Below are positions 1-11,709 of a stretch of 64,000 nucleotides of DNA, piece after piece. The notes beneath the pieces were generated by a model. The model was not told the origin of the DNA, searched no databases, and was given only the letters and a program-made list of their open reading frames with translations. Source of the DNA: Halocafeteria seosinensis (taxonomy: Eukaryota). The position numbers were made by a program, and so were the translations under genes. The stretch lies in NCBI GenBank assembly GCA_001687465.1, contig LVLI01000231.1:62001-126000 (forward strand), written 5' to 3'. Each line of letters begins with the position of its first letter. Positions within the stretch are counted from its first letter, which is position 1.

Positions 1-1843
1 CTTTGCTCTCGCCGTGTTCCTTTGACACTTCGTCGTCTTCATCTTCGTAATGTTGATCAGTATACATTTGCGTGATTTTGTAATCGGCCAAAATTCCCAA
101 GCTCAACCCATACACCCGCATGCGGCGTCTAAACAAATCGGCCGTATCGCTAGAGCTAACTGCAATGTAGTGGATATACATGCAGGATATGACCGTCCCA
201 ATTACGAAAAGTTTTATCCATATATAATCGCACAGGAAATCCCCCGCAGACCAACTTGTATAGGGAATAGTAGCCTGGGACAAGTACTTGCATACCACCG
301 GCTTTACGAAGTCCACTGTCTCCACATTATAAAAGAAGAGACCGAACAGGATCGAGAGGTAGCAACCATAGATACCGAGCTTCCACCCAAGTACATTCAT
401 GACCCAGAGAGCTACCTGAACAAACGGAAACCAAAATTCTGATCTCGATGCTACAGTCGAGAATGTGGGATGTAGGGCTGCCGGGGTTGACGCAGCATTG
501 ATAGTTGCCTTGAGTTTTTTTGATTCACTCTCCAACTGCCTTAATCTTTCATTGAATTTTACTGAGGTTTCCTCCTCTTCCTCTCCAGCGTCTTCTTCAG
601 GATACCCTGAAGTTCCTTCTCCCACAGACTGACCCTCCGAAGCGGAAGATCCTGGGTGCTTTTGCGAGACAGATGAAGATGCAGCAGCAGCCGCTGCTGT
701 CCCATGTTTCCTCTCGGGGCTACGAATGCCTGTCTTACTGGGACTTTGCTCAGGCTTGGACGCGCGTGTATCACCAGTCCCACTCGGTTTCTGCTGTTTG
801 CGCTTATTCCGAAGTCGTCTCTTCCAGTCAGTCACCGACACAAGCGGAGGCGGTAAAGCGGTGGAAGTCCCGAGAATGCCCTTGAGCCGTCTAGTGCGGG
901 CGCCAAATGCTCTCTCGTAACACATTTCGCATGCACGTTCACCCTTAACATCATGACTGGAGCATTCATAACAGTATATTCCTCCGCAAAGACGGCAATG
1001 GTGTTTTCTTCGTATGAAGGTGAACTTCTCATCACAGATCAAACAACGCTGCACATTCTTGTCGGGGAGCCATTCAATTTTGGTTGATTCATGGTGCTCG
1101 GTTGGAGTTTCGTTCAGTCCCTCTAGGCGGTTCGTTTGCACTTGAGAGTGAGCGTAAGATGGGACCCGTCGACGACGCATGGTATTGCTTAAGTCAGAGG
1201 TAGATGTTTGAGACTTAGACGCTCCCGAAGAGTGTTTTGGCGCCGCAGAAGAAGCCAGTTCAACCAGCTTTGTTAAGAGTTTGGTATCACCTCGCACCTG
1301 AGGCGCAAAGAGAGCAATTAACACCCTGTCAGTCAATGAGGACTTCATGAGTCCATTTATTGCTTACCTTCAATCTTCGAGTCAGAAAATCTTTTTTCAA
1401 GTCTTTTCCTTTCAGAAAGTTGCGGAACACTTTCTCAGATGAAAATGTCAGTTCCACATCAGATGTCCCATGCGTCCCCTGCAACACCGCCGTTTTCGTT
1501 ATACAGCAGGCTAATTTCAGTACAAAAGGAAAATCCAAAACGTACATCTTTAATGACTGGTGGCTTGGAACTGAGATCAATGGTCCATGACCCCGTTTGG
1601 GTAATGATGAAATGGCATACTCCCTCCAGCTCCACCGTTTCGTAGTGCTGCGCTAAGAATTCCTCCAGCTGCAAAACGCTCAAAACACACCCAAACATAA
1701 TGCGGATCGAGGAGTTCAACCAATGAACCAGCCTCCACTTGCGGCTTTGTACAGACAGGAAAACTGTAGTGTGCTCTGTATAGGCGCTACTGACATACCT
1801 TGCTAAAAAACTCAGCCGGGGAGGACATTTCGGATGAGTCCAT
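1..1843 (-). CDS. SCP2 sterol-binding + FYVE zinc finger + transmembrane protein; runs off the left edge, possibly into an ABC1/ADCK-type kinase domain
   Basis: Exons 1799-1843, 1546-1668, 1368-1478 and <1-1297 join in frame via GT-AG introns. SCP2-like C-terminus ..KKDFLTRRLKVRGDTKLLTKL; canonical FYVE WLPD..CLIC..RRKHHCRLCG..CYEC..RACEMC; two hydrophobic segments; then RRRMRVYGLSLGILADYKITQ, which resembles the lead-in of ABC1 kinases. Missed by the ORF track because it has no stop in the window. Confidence 0.85.
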
Positions 1844-1894
1844 GGCTTTTATTTCACTACCTCTACCCTATAAACACTTCACAATGCACTATAT

Positions 1895-2229
1895 AAGGGA
1901 TATGCTGTCCTCAAGATGAATATGGATCCCTGTATGGGTCCTCAAAAAGGGAGGTAAAGCCTGTGTTTTTCTACACAAGGGGGTGTCTGAGGGGACCCTT
2001 CAAGGTATATTACACGTCTACTCCGCCAAACACCAAGACCCCACAGTGTAGCAAGTACCCTCTGGTATATTATTGTCGTGTTGGGTCACAAGGCGGTGTC
2101 AACCACTCAAACCTAACCTAAAGACGACTTGTCCTATACTGCCATCCTGATCCGCTCCCGCGCTCTAGTGCTCCCTGCCCTCGGGCGGGACTTTAAGCGC
2201 AAGAAGTTGCCAACGTAGGACGTCAAGTC
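1895..2229 (+). ncRNA. Candidate multibranched structured RNA (element A) with an AACCTAACCTAA linker
   Basis: Stems GGGTCC 1936-41/GGACCC 1993-98; CCGCC 2023-27/GGCGG 2092-96 enclosing GACCC 2037-41/GGGTC 2083-87; GACTTG-TCCTA 2126-36/TAGGA..CAAGTC 2216-29. No convincing ORF. Confidence 0.45.
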
Positions 2230-2260
2230 ACCAGGGAAGCACAAGTAAAGAGGGAAAGAT

Positions 2261-4162
2261 CTAGAGCAATTCGGAACTTTGCAGAGCTTTTTCCAGTATG
2301 GATATCCCATTATGCAGCTCGTCCGAAGACACGACCAGAGGAGGACACATACGAACAGTCTGGAGATTCCGTCCGCAGCACTCCACGAGTAAACCGAGCT
2401 TGCGGCATTCTTCCACGATAGCCCGAGACTCCCACTCAAAGTGAAATGCCACTGCTAGCCCTGGCTCTATACCATGAGAAACGTCCTTGATAAGATGCGG
2501 ATATCTGTGCTACCAGGGTAGGCCACAAAAAAGTCTACCGGAGGAAGATCCGGAACAAGAAAAATAACTCCCCTTTACCTTACCTGGCTTGTAAAGATCG
2601 AGACAACCCAATAAGAATTCTTCCCCTCTCTCTGGTTAACTCTTTGAAAGCTTTGGAATTAAGCAATTTCATCGCTGCGGCGCAGTCGTCTAGCTGGCTA
2701 ACTGTGACATGGTCAGGTATAGCTTGCCTGAGGAGGCGTGCATACTGTTCTAAGCCCGAACTAACAGCTACAAATTCTATTGGCTGAAACATGTTGCTAA
2801 CTGGTACCCTTCCTAACAAAATGTCGGGGGAGACATGCGCACTAGCATGAGTCCAGCCAGTTCCATTGTAGCCCGGTGCAAAACTCCGTTCATCCACGGT
2901 TAGTATACTCTTCGACTCAGAGCACATCTGACGCAGTGCGCGCAAAAAGCTCGCGTCAGCAAATTTCATGGTGTCCCATTGCACAGATTCCACAATTACA
3001 CCAGGGGAATCCTCTGAAATAAACCTTGCAGCGTCTGTATCCAGTATAATCCCATTCCAACGATAGGTGAAACGATCAATAACTTACAACTCACGCACCG
3101 TTTACATCATTGAAGTGGCTGAAAAGTACATTGGGCACTTGTCGGTTAAGTAAAGCCCGGAACACAGGATCATGACTCAAAGATAGCCCTGCAACGCTTG
3201 ATCCGTGGGAGGAATCCTGTAGTGCGCCAAACTATAGCCCTAGACACGCCTACCTACGGGTATCCGGGTACTTCCACATCCTTACCTGGAAGCAGATGAC
3301 GCTGTCATTTGGAGAGCGATCTTGTGATGGCACATGTACCAAATCTTGCCAGCAAGGGCATCTGCCAGTATCATCGACTAAACAGTCGCGGGGAATTCGC
3401 GATTTTGCCGTGGGTTTCCGTCCTCCATGAGCGGCTTCCCCCGTACTTCGTTGATTACACGAGAACGATCTCTGCCATGGATGCTTGTGATTTTCATCAA
3501 AACCTCGATACTGCAAACACCTGGTAATTTCCGGTTTCTTTTCAGCATTCCATTGTAGAATTTGCCTCAGTCTAAGAATCTGAAGCGCGTAGTCTACTCC
3601 AGAATCAAGACCACACAGACGAATGCTAACATCCTGAGCCGGAAAACAAAGATACTCTATACATATTCAATATCACAAAGAACCAATCCAACTTCGACTT
3701 ACTTTGCCCATTGTTTCTTCTAAAGATTTTGCAATTTCCTGTTCCAGTCTTCCCCACGCTTCTTGCAGTGGAACTGATTGGTTAGTTCCCTTTGTTCCAA
3801 ACGGATCATCCCATTGTACGTTCAGGGCTGGTTTAGATTCTCCCGTTTCTGGTAATTCTTGTCCAATCTCCTCACATACTTCCTCTAGGTTCCCCGTATG
3901 GCCAAAAGGATTCCCTGCAAAGTCAATTCATTCATGTGAAGATGACGAAGCAGTCAGTCTTATTGGACCCACTCTTCGGACCGGTGCTGAAGTCTAGATA
4001 TCGATTCCCTCCTGAGTCTGTGAGCACGCAACCGGAGCCATCGACAAACTGCAATCGTTCATTTGCTGTCCTTGTCTGGTACAATCGACGGCTACAGCTC
4101 AAGCTGCCTTCAGCCCTTTCTGGTCGCCTCGAGAGACTCCTGAATATTCGCAGGACGTTCAT
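2261..4162 (-). CDS. Acetylornithine aminotransferase (ArgD, class III)-fold protein with a degenerate active site and mitochondrial-type presequence
   Basis: Six exons by manual splicing. Motifs GNRYLDFSTGNPFGH, ICFQDSSHGSSVAGLS, SHFNDV, GVIVESVQ, ILTVDE, SPDILLGR and VRMCPPLVVSSDEL are collinear with ArgD. Arg/Ser-rich N-terminus MNVLRIFRSLSRR. Confidence 0.8.
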
Positions 4163-4682
4163 TCTCTTCGGCCCGAACACCTCTTAGTAATCTGGAGAAC
4201 CTTCCCAATGGACACATGCAACTCTACGACTCAACTACGAGGCTATCACACCGTCGTGTATTCCCTGTGAAGTTGCTGCTTGGTCGCTAAGTTCACGGAG
4301 TTGTCCCATCGATTTACGGGAAAACCTACCCACAGAATTGTGCGTCGCAGATTTTCGGGAAGACATACCCTAGTGCTGTTAACTTTTCGATCGTGAATTT
4401 AGTTATTCACACTTCAAGAAGAGGGGGAATTCTAGAAAAAGCCAGTTAAGTTACGGTAGGGCACCCAAGTTTTTAGTTCCCTGCTGCACCTTTCTGCCCA
4501 AAACAAACGGTCAAGAGTCGGTAAAAAATCCTGTGTTCTTCTTACAGGCGTGTTCAACGAGTTAGCTGAACTACACCTGAGAGAACGAGTACGCTTAGTC
4601 GGACTCCCCATTGCTTTACTGTCTTGAACTCCCGCTTAGAAAAGGCGAGTATCGTATCCAGGATAGAAACGGAACGACAGCC

Positions 4683-5235
4683 ATGGCAAGCGGAGGTGTA
4701 TGCGGCCGCGTTCTCGCGGCCATAGACATGATCATAGGAATCCTTGTTGCTATTTTGGGTAAGTATGACACTAAGCATCCACCCAAAGCGAAGTTATGTA
4801 ACCTACATTGCCTCTAACGGTGCAGGCATCATGGTTCTTATCGATGGATCTTTTACGTCCATCGTGCTTGGGGTTGCTATAACGTAAGTCTTTGCACTGG
4901 AGTCAAAAACGAGGATTCCAATGTAACCTATTGCTATTCTCTCAATGTACAGGGCTGGCGGTATTCTGCTCGCTATTATTTCCTTGACTTCAGTAGGATG
5001 TGTGGATACATACATGCAGTTCTTGATGAACTACATCGGTCGCGGAATCTCGTTCATAATCCTGGGGTGTCTGGCTCTACCCAACTCAGCGGAAGCTACG
5101 TTCAACTTCATCGTGGGCCTTTTCTGTATCCTCTACGGGATCATAGTTATCATTCTGGCACTAGCATTGGGTATGAAGCCGACGCAACTATGTGGTGGTG
5201 GCGGCGGCGGCAACAAAACCGCCCCGCGGCAATAA
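4683..5235 (+). CDS. COPI-associated Golgi membrane protein (TVP15 family)
   Basis: Three exons (two GT-AG introns); hydrophobic helices and the family motif MQFLMNYIGRGISFIILG. Confidence 0.75.
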
Positions 5236-5253
5236 CACTGAAGTGCTATAAAA

Positions 5254-8200
5254 TCACTTCCCACCAGTATCACTCTCCTCTCCATTTGAGTCCCTCCAAG
5301 AAAAGGGAGAAGTACCCCGTAACATATCAGTGTCATCTGCAGACAAAGCCCTTCGTCTAGGCGGTTTATCAGCTGAAGTTCCCGCCAAAAAACCCAAGGG
5401 GCTATTGGGCGAACTTTCTCCTAAGCCTTCGTATTCTTCGTCGTTTGCATCCGTCTGCCACCATTTCGCCTCTGATCCCGGGTTTTGTTGAGAACTGATG
5501 TTCTTCAGAACCAATTGAGATGAGCTGTTAAGGTCCATTGTCCGGGGAGTAAACCCAGGTGTTTCCCCCTCCCGCAGCCCACTAGTAATTGCCGGAGAGG
5601 GTCCAATATTGCCAAGATTATACTCTTCGGTGCTACTGCTCCGCGGAACCCTCACTGTCAAAGTGTTAGAAGACGCTGCACCAGTGACAGAAGATTCAGA
5701 AGATGTAGCACTTTTCGTCTGGCTATCTTGTTGCGACTGCAGCATGGGTCGATACTCCGGACGTAAGAAGCCACTGCCGTGCTGTCCGCTACTTTGACGA
5801 ATGCCGCGCTCGGCAGGCTGAGGCACACTCGCGCGTTTATTGCCCTCTTCTTGTTCTGGTGGCAAAAGAGAACCAGAAGACAAAGGCATACCGCCCTGAG
5901 CGCTCGTGAGTTGGGTGTCTAGGGAACCTGATCGATGTCGCGACATCTTGGAAGTCATTGGATAAAGCCCCGCTTCTCGATCACGCTTTCGCGACTGATA
6001 TCGCCTCTCCTTACTAGCAGGCTTGAATGAATAATTTGCCGTACCTCCGTGTGATAACGGAAGTTCCGGCATTTGGGAAGTGGATTCGGCAGACCCGGGG
6101 GTTTCAGAACCGAGAGAAACATCTCCTGATATAGGCAGGTTCGGTATCTCATAGCCACTTGTCTCGGACATCCCCTCCAAGGGACCTATGGTTGAAGAGA
6201 GTGAGGTTCTTAGAGTATAGTTCTCCGGCCCAGAGTCCTTAGGTTTATCCCACCCGAATACTGCCGAAGATTCGATCGGAGAGGACTGGTGTCCACCTGA
6301 AAGACTGTAATTGGGAGTAAGGTCGGGTACTGATGCGCGGTACGCCGAAGAGGTGCTTCTTGCGGTCCTTTCCCTTTTCGCTGAGCCACCTGATGCACTT
6401 CGTCTTCCGACGCTGTGCGACGATGTTTGGTGCTCCGGACCTGAAGTGGATGACAATGATCTGTTCTTCTGCGCAGAAGAGGAATACTGGGGCGCAGGGA
6501 GATCTAATTGAGCAGGGGCACCAACAGGCGCTGATGCCTCCCATGATGGGGTTGTACCACTGGGTGAGGGAATGACAGCCTCATTCTTCATAGTCTGTTC
6601 AAATTTATCGTCAACTGCTGGGCGTGACTCCCCATGAGGAACGTGAGTGCAGTACTTGTAGCTTCCAATCGCATTGTCCACAATCTTATCTAGATCAATT
6701 TGATTACGCTTTTTAATGCTCTCCACAAAAATATACCGTAGACGGCGCAGCTTTCTCAAAGCATCATCCCTCCTTGCCCTCCAATCAGCCGCCGCAGTAG
6801 AGAAGTCCCTTTTGTATACTTGTTTCCCGATGGACGCATCCTTGTTGTACTTCTTTGTTATGCGCATAGGAGTACAATGGAGTTGTTCTGCGAGCGTAGT
6901 TCGCAGAGTCGCTCCTTCATGAAGAGGTAGAGTACCTAAACGGAAGCAGTCCACCAAAAACGACGCATATTTCTCTTCCTCGTCGCTCCACTTTCCCCTT
7001 CGAGGCTCCATATCTGACAGTACACGTGACTCCCGAATGTCTTGCTTAATAGCTTGGGCTTCAGGGTTGTTGTGGTCAGTAAATGACGATTCTCCCATGC
7101 CACTCATGCGAGGACTACTCCGACTCCTTTGCCGTGTTTTCAACGCTTTTCGTGGTCCCAATACTGGAGACTTTCCTTTTCGCTCAGATCCTTGTTGTGG
7201 TGGAGACGAGTGGGCAGAGGACTCTTCCGTCTTGATAAAGTGATGGTGCCTTACAGACACAAAAAAGTCATCTAATGTGCTTGCAAAGTAGCTGTAGAAG
7301 TCCTCGTTGACTTCCTTGACTTCCTCCTTCTCCTGTCCCCAAAAGAGCAGCACACACTCTCCACTCCTTGCATTAGCCCACCTCACCGGCACGGCAATGA
7401 TAGTATCCACTGTAAAACCCATAGACTTTACGTCCTCCTTATCGAACTGAACAGGCTCGTCCTGGACACGGCGTAGTATCTTCTTGGAAGCAGACTCATC
7501 CGCGATGTCATTAGGATCACATGCTAACTGTAAGAGCACTTTCCCTGATCCACTGTTGACCCCTGCCCACCATTCGATACGATCGCAGGATAATGCCGAA
7601 AACGTAGCGGCAAGAAGAGGCTCTACCATTGGACCAACGCGAGACGTAGAAGCAACATCCTCATTCTTGGATATTATATTCGTCGGTAAACTGCCATTAA
7701 AATCTGTGAATGGAAACGATGTTACAGCCATAGCTAGTTTGACAAATGGTCCTTCAGGCTCCGTAACAATCTGAAAATAATATCGAAATCACATGAACAC
7801 CAAGATCCACGACGAAGTCTAAATAGCATTCGAAATCCACTTACATGGAGAGAATTGGATGAGTACAGCGTAATAACTAAGTCTGAATCTAAAGATTCAA
7901 AGTGACAAGGGATAGCACAGAACTGCTCTGGTGCTGGCTGCCAACTTGTGGCGAAGGTGTCCGCTGCCGGATGGGACATCAGTACAAGTTTTCCTTGGTC
8001 TAAACTCGCCGAGCAATGCTCTAAAATGGTATTTCTCTCGCCCCTCTCAAATGCTTCTAACCCTAGCCGTTCACCTTCTTCATCAGATATTTGCTTCCCA
8101 TTTATAAGCATATTAGGTTGAACAAGGAGCATCTTAAGCAGCGCCCAACCGTCGTCTCCGGCTCCTTTTTGCCAGACCTCCACAGCTACGATTTCATTTT

Positions 8201-8333
8201 GATGGTCCCATTCACCCGCTTCTGTGTCTTTTGAGGCTTGACGCCTTGCCTTTTTCGTCGAATGATGCCTTCCTAGACAAGATGCAAGGCTTGCAAAATG
8301 TGGAGCGAGCGCTTTCTCTGTCTCGAACGACAT
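5254..8333 (-). CDS. Putative transcription factor: two GAF-like N-terminal segments, a stramenopile Myb/SANT-like domain and a long Ser-rich disordered tail
   Basis: ORFs 7734-8333 and 5254-7731 join through a GTAAGT..TTTCAG intron (..SNSLH|IVTEPEG..). Contains RRGKWSDEEEKYASFLVDCFRLGTLPLHEGATLRTTLAEQLHCTPMRITKKY. Confidence 0.75.
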
Positions 8334-10630
8334 TGCTCCTCCGAGGGCACGTGTCTAAGCAACTTCCACAAGAACCAAACAAGGATGACCTTCTACTAGC
8401 CTCAGTGTGTCCTACACTGCCTTTCTCTTGATCCACGATGGCCAAAATAAGAACTTGGAGCCACTCGTAGTCACCTGTACAGGGGACAGACAGAAGAAGA
8501 CTTGGGACTTCTGCTGCTCAATGATTGCCAATATGGACTATCCCAGGCTGCCTTTGAGATCGAGAGAGCGTATCAATAGTAGAGATTGTATAATGAATAA
8601 TACAAGTACAATAAGTAATCAGAAAAACAGTGTACAAGGTCACAGACTTTTTCGGCGGCGACCTCAGTGGCTCACCAGATGATATTGACACGTCGTCCAC
8701 AGCCCAAATCAAATCAATACTGCCCCAAAAAAGTGGGGTCGATCAGTAAAGAGAACACTTAAAACAGTTAGAATTCCTTTTGTCACCAAATGGGAGTTCT
8801 CCTCTCCTCATAATCCAAGGAATTCTTCTCTTCTGTTTTTTTGTCTTTTTGAAGGCGCCCCTGATCGAGGGGGGACATACTTTTCCGCTCCAACCGTAAT
8901 AAAGTACACAGGAAAGCGTCTTCCCGCATCGCTTGGTTCTCAAGGTGATGCAAAGGAAACATAATGCCGGTGGAGAGTGGACGGCACTACTGCATGTACA
9001 ACGTTGCCTCTCTTGAAGATCTGCAATACATGTACTCGTACTGTACAACGTACAGTACTTGGCCCAACCAGCCGCATCTTGAATTCCTGGCGCAATAAAG
9101 ATCGTCAACGCAGATTCTGCAGGCGAGGCCACCTTTGTCTCCTCCTCTGCTGCTTCTGTATGGATCATAGCGGTGCTCATCTTAGTCTGGCTGTTTGTCA
9201 ATTTCCGCTGCAGTGTCCCACAACAGCATCAGCTGTACTTACGCCCACTTGTACAACGTTGTTACAAGTGTACCGTTCCATTCGTGCGATACTAAAATTA
9301 TATTTTCGTATACTCCGCTAGTCATAAGCACTGCACATATCTCAGGTGGATAAGTTACGCCACAGTATAAGCTCTTCTTACATTCTTCCCGTATGGTATC
9401 AATACCAGTAATTCACTGGAGGACAGAGCACTGTGCAGTAGGGATGCGTGGAGAGTACAACGACAAGCAGTAGGTCACAAATTTCTATCGACATATTTAC
9501 AGCATCCCGTGGAATACTGCTACAAAGCAAAGTTTTGGGTTTCTTCCATGAAGCATGCTTGCTAGGTGAAGCGGTGTAGGCACTCAGGGACCTAGGGTGT
9601 AAATTACATACCAAGGTAACAAAGCTGGTGTGCTGCTTCCATAAACACGAAGGATCTGCGCTACTTCGACAAGACTCAAAGGAACGAATTTTGGTTTGGT
9701 ATATTGGGAGTTAGTTATATGAAATAAGCGAAGAGCAAAGATCGGGGAGAAAGATACAGTACACCCGACCTGCGTTCCCAATAGTTCCGCACTGAGAATC
9801 TTCTCCATGGTGTTCACTAGCTTCTCTACGCATGACCCGCAACTGAGACTGGGTACATATATAAAATACAAGCTCCAATAACCCACCTCTAATTCCATGA
9901 CATCGTAGCTCAGCATCTCGCGGTGTGCTTACAGAGGTGGCGGAATGCTCACAGACTCACAATTCCAACAGTTCGCTATTGGTGTTGGTAGTAAAAGTCA
10001 GACAACTAAGGCGGCATCACCCTTTGAAATAGGTAACTACCTGAGACAATGACACTCTGAGCGTACATAGTATAACTCCTTGATTGACTCCCGCCTCCTC
10101 CACCCACAATGCTCTGACTTCTACTAGTCGACAAACACTCAGCAACTGATCAAGCCACACACACAAATGTGATAGATAGCCCACCGGCCGGGGAATTGAC
10201 CGCATCCTCTTAACGAGGAGCGGTATGCGCCCGTGTTAAGCAGCGGCGGGCCAACAAGCCAGCCAAAAATGAAAAATAGCGACACTAACTTCTTCTATGG
10301 CGGCATTCATGAAATAGCTGTTTCGCCGAAATTGAATGGTTTCTATTTCAAATAGTATCCTCTGGGCAGAAAATCCAACAACTAAGAAACACTCGATTCC
10401 AACCGTGCCGGACGGCGTGCCCAAACGTTCTTATTCCAGGCATCGAACGACTCGGAACCTTCTGCGTCTCGCACTTCACAAAGTCTCGGAGGGAATGAAT
10501 TCCCCACTTCAAAACCCTAGAACGACACGCCTTGTTGAATCGGCACGTAGGTACAGTTATTGGGAAACGAGATGTTCACATGGTGTTTGAATGCCCTGAG
10601 AACGAGCCTAGGCCAGAGCAATTACGCAGA

Positions 10631-11410
10631 ATGAACCCGACACAGACAGGAGGTGCCGCTGGAGGGCCGCAGAACATGCCAGCACCAGCGATGAATGGAA
10701 GTTCGGAGGACATAGTGAACAATATATTCGGAATCGTTATTCCAGGAAGACCACTAATAACGCAGTTTAAACAAGCAGGACCCAATAAGTTCTTAACAGA
10801 AATCCAACAGCCAGCCACTGCTGGGGAATTGACTTTGTTTCTACAACCAGGCCAGGTATTACCACCAAGTACAGGAAGTAAGCTTCGCCCTTCTATCGAG
10901 AAATGCGAGAAACAGGGTTCATTGCTTTAATCTATCTCTGTAATTGAAATATGCAGTTGCAATATATTGGAGTTATCCCCCCTTCACAGAATGGTTGACA
11001 CTTGGTACACTTCCTCCCAACCAAGCCAGGTAAGGAATTCCAAAATTGTATGTCGGGATATGGTCTCTTCATTTTTCCTCCTCTGGATGAACAGCGAAAT
11101 ATTTAGCACTGGATGGCCTCATTTAACTGAACTAAAAAATGTTCCGACAGTACAGTTGGGCGTCAGTGTCGAAGACGCATCAATGATTGCCAATCTCAGT
11201 CAAGCTGTCGGTACCCAGAAGACACATGAAAATCGCTTAGAATTTGCCAGACTAGTTGCAAAGAACCTCTTTCGTTATTTAGAATCGTTTTCGCAAACTA
11301 CCCCCGAAGGAGAGCGACTCGTGCTCCCAATGAGTGCTTTGGAACGGTGGTTGCAGAGGTTCGAAGAGAAGTATAGGGCTGATCCTAACTTCCTGTCAAA
11401 TCAAAGTTGA
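10631..11410 (+). CDS. HIKESHI: Hikeshi/OPI10 family Hsp70 nuclear import carrier
   Basis: FGIVIPGRP N-terminal motif, VQLGVSVE, NLFRYLESF and WLQRFEEKYRADPNFL C-terminus; two introns. Confidence 0.9.
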
Positions 11411-11709
11411 GCAACAGCCTAATTCTACACACGGAAGTTACAATGGCGACATAGTTGCCAATATGGCGCTCATTAAAACGGCAGAGCCGATCCATGTGGG
11501 TAGTTGAACGACGCAACAGAGGACTCGCCAAACTGCGCCACCGTGACCGTTTCTTAGCATCGAACGAGTCGTCGAAACCCGTTCATGGAAGACACCAGGA
11601 CGAATCTTATAGACCTCGCCGCCGCGTAACTACTGTTTACTTATGACCAGACACACCACCCATAAATAGCCGACTTGTTGCCGAAGACAGTTTAAGGCTT
11701 GAGAGCTCT

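Noticed and set aside
7732..7736. Adjacent ORFs suggesting stop read-through or frameshift in the transcription factor gene
   Set aside because: A canonical GTAAGT..TTTCAG intron joins them in frame.
8743..9201. 152-aa ORF and other 60-200 aa ORFs antisense to real genes
   Set aside because: No recognisable motifs; consistent with shadow ORFs.
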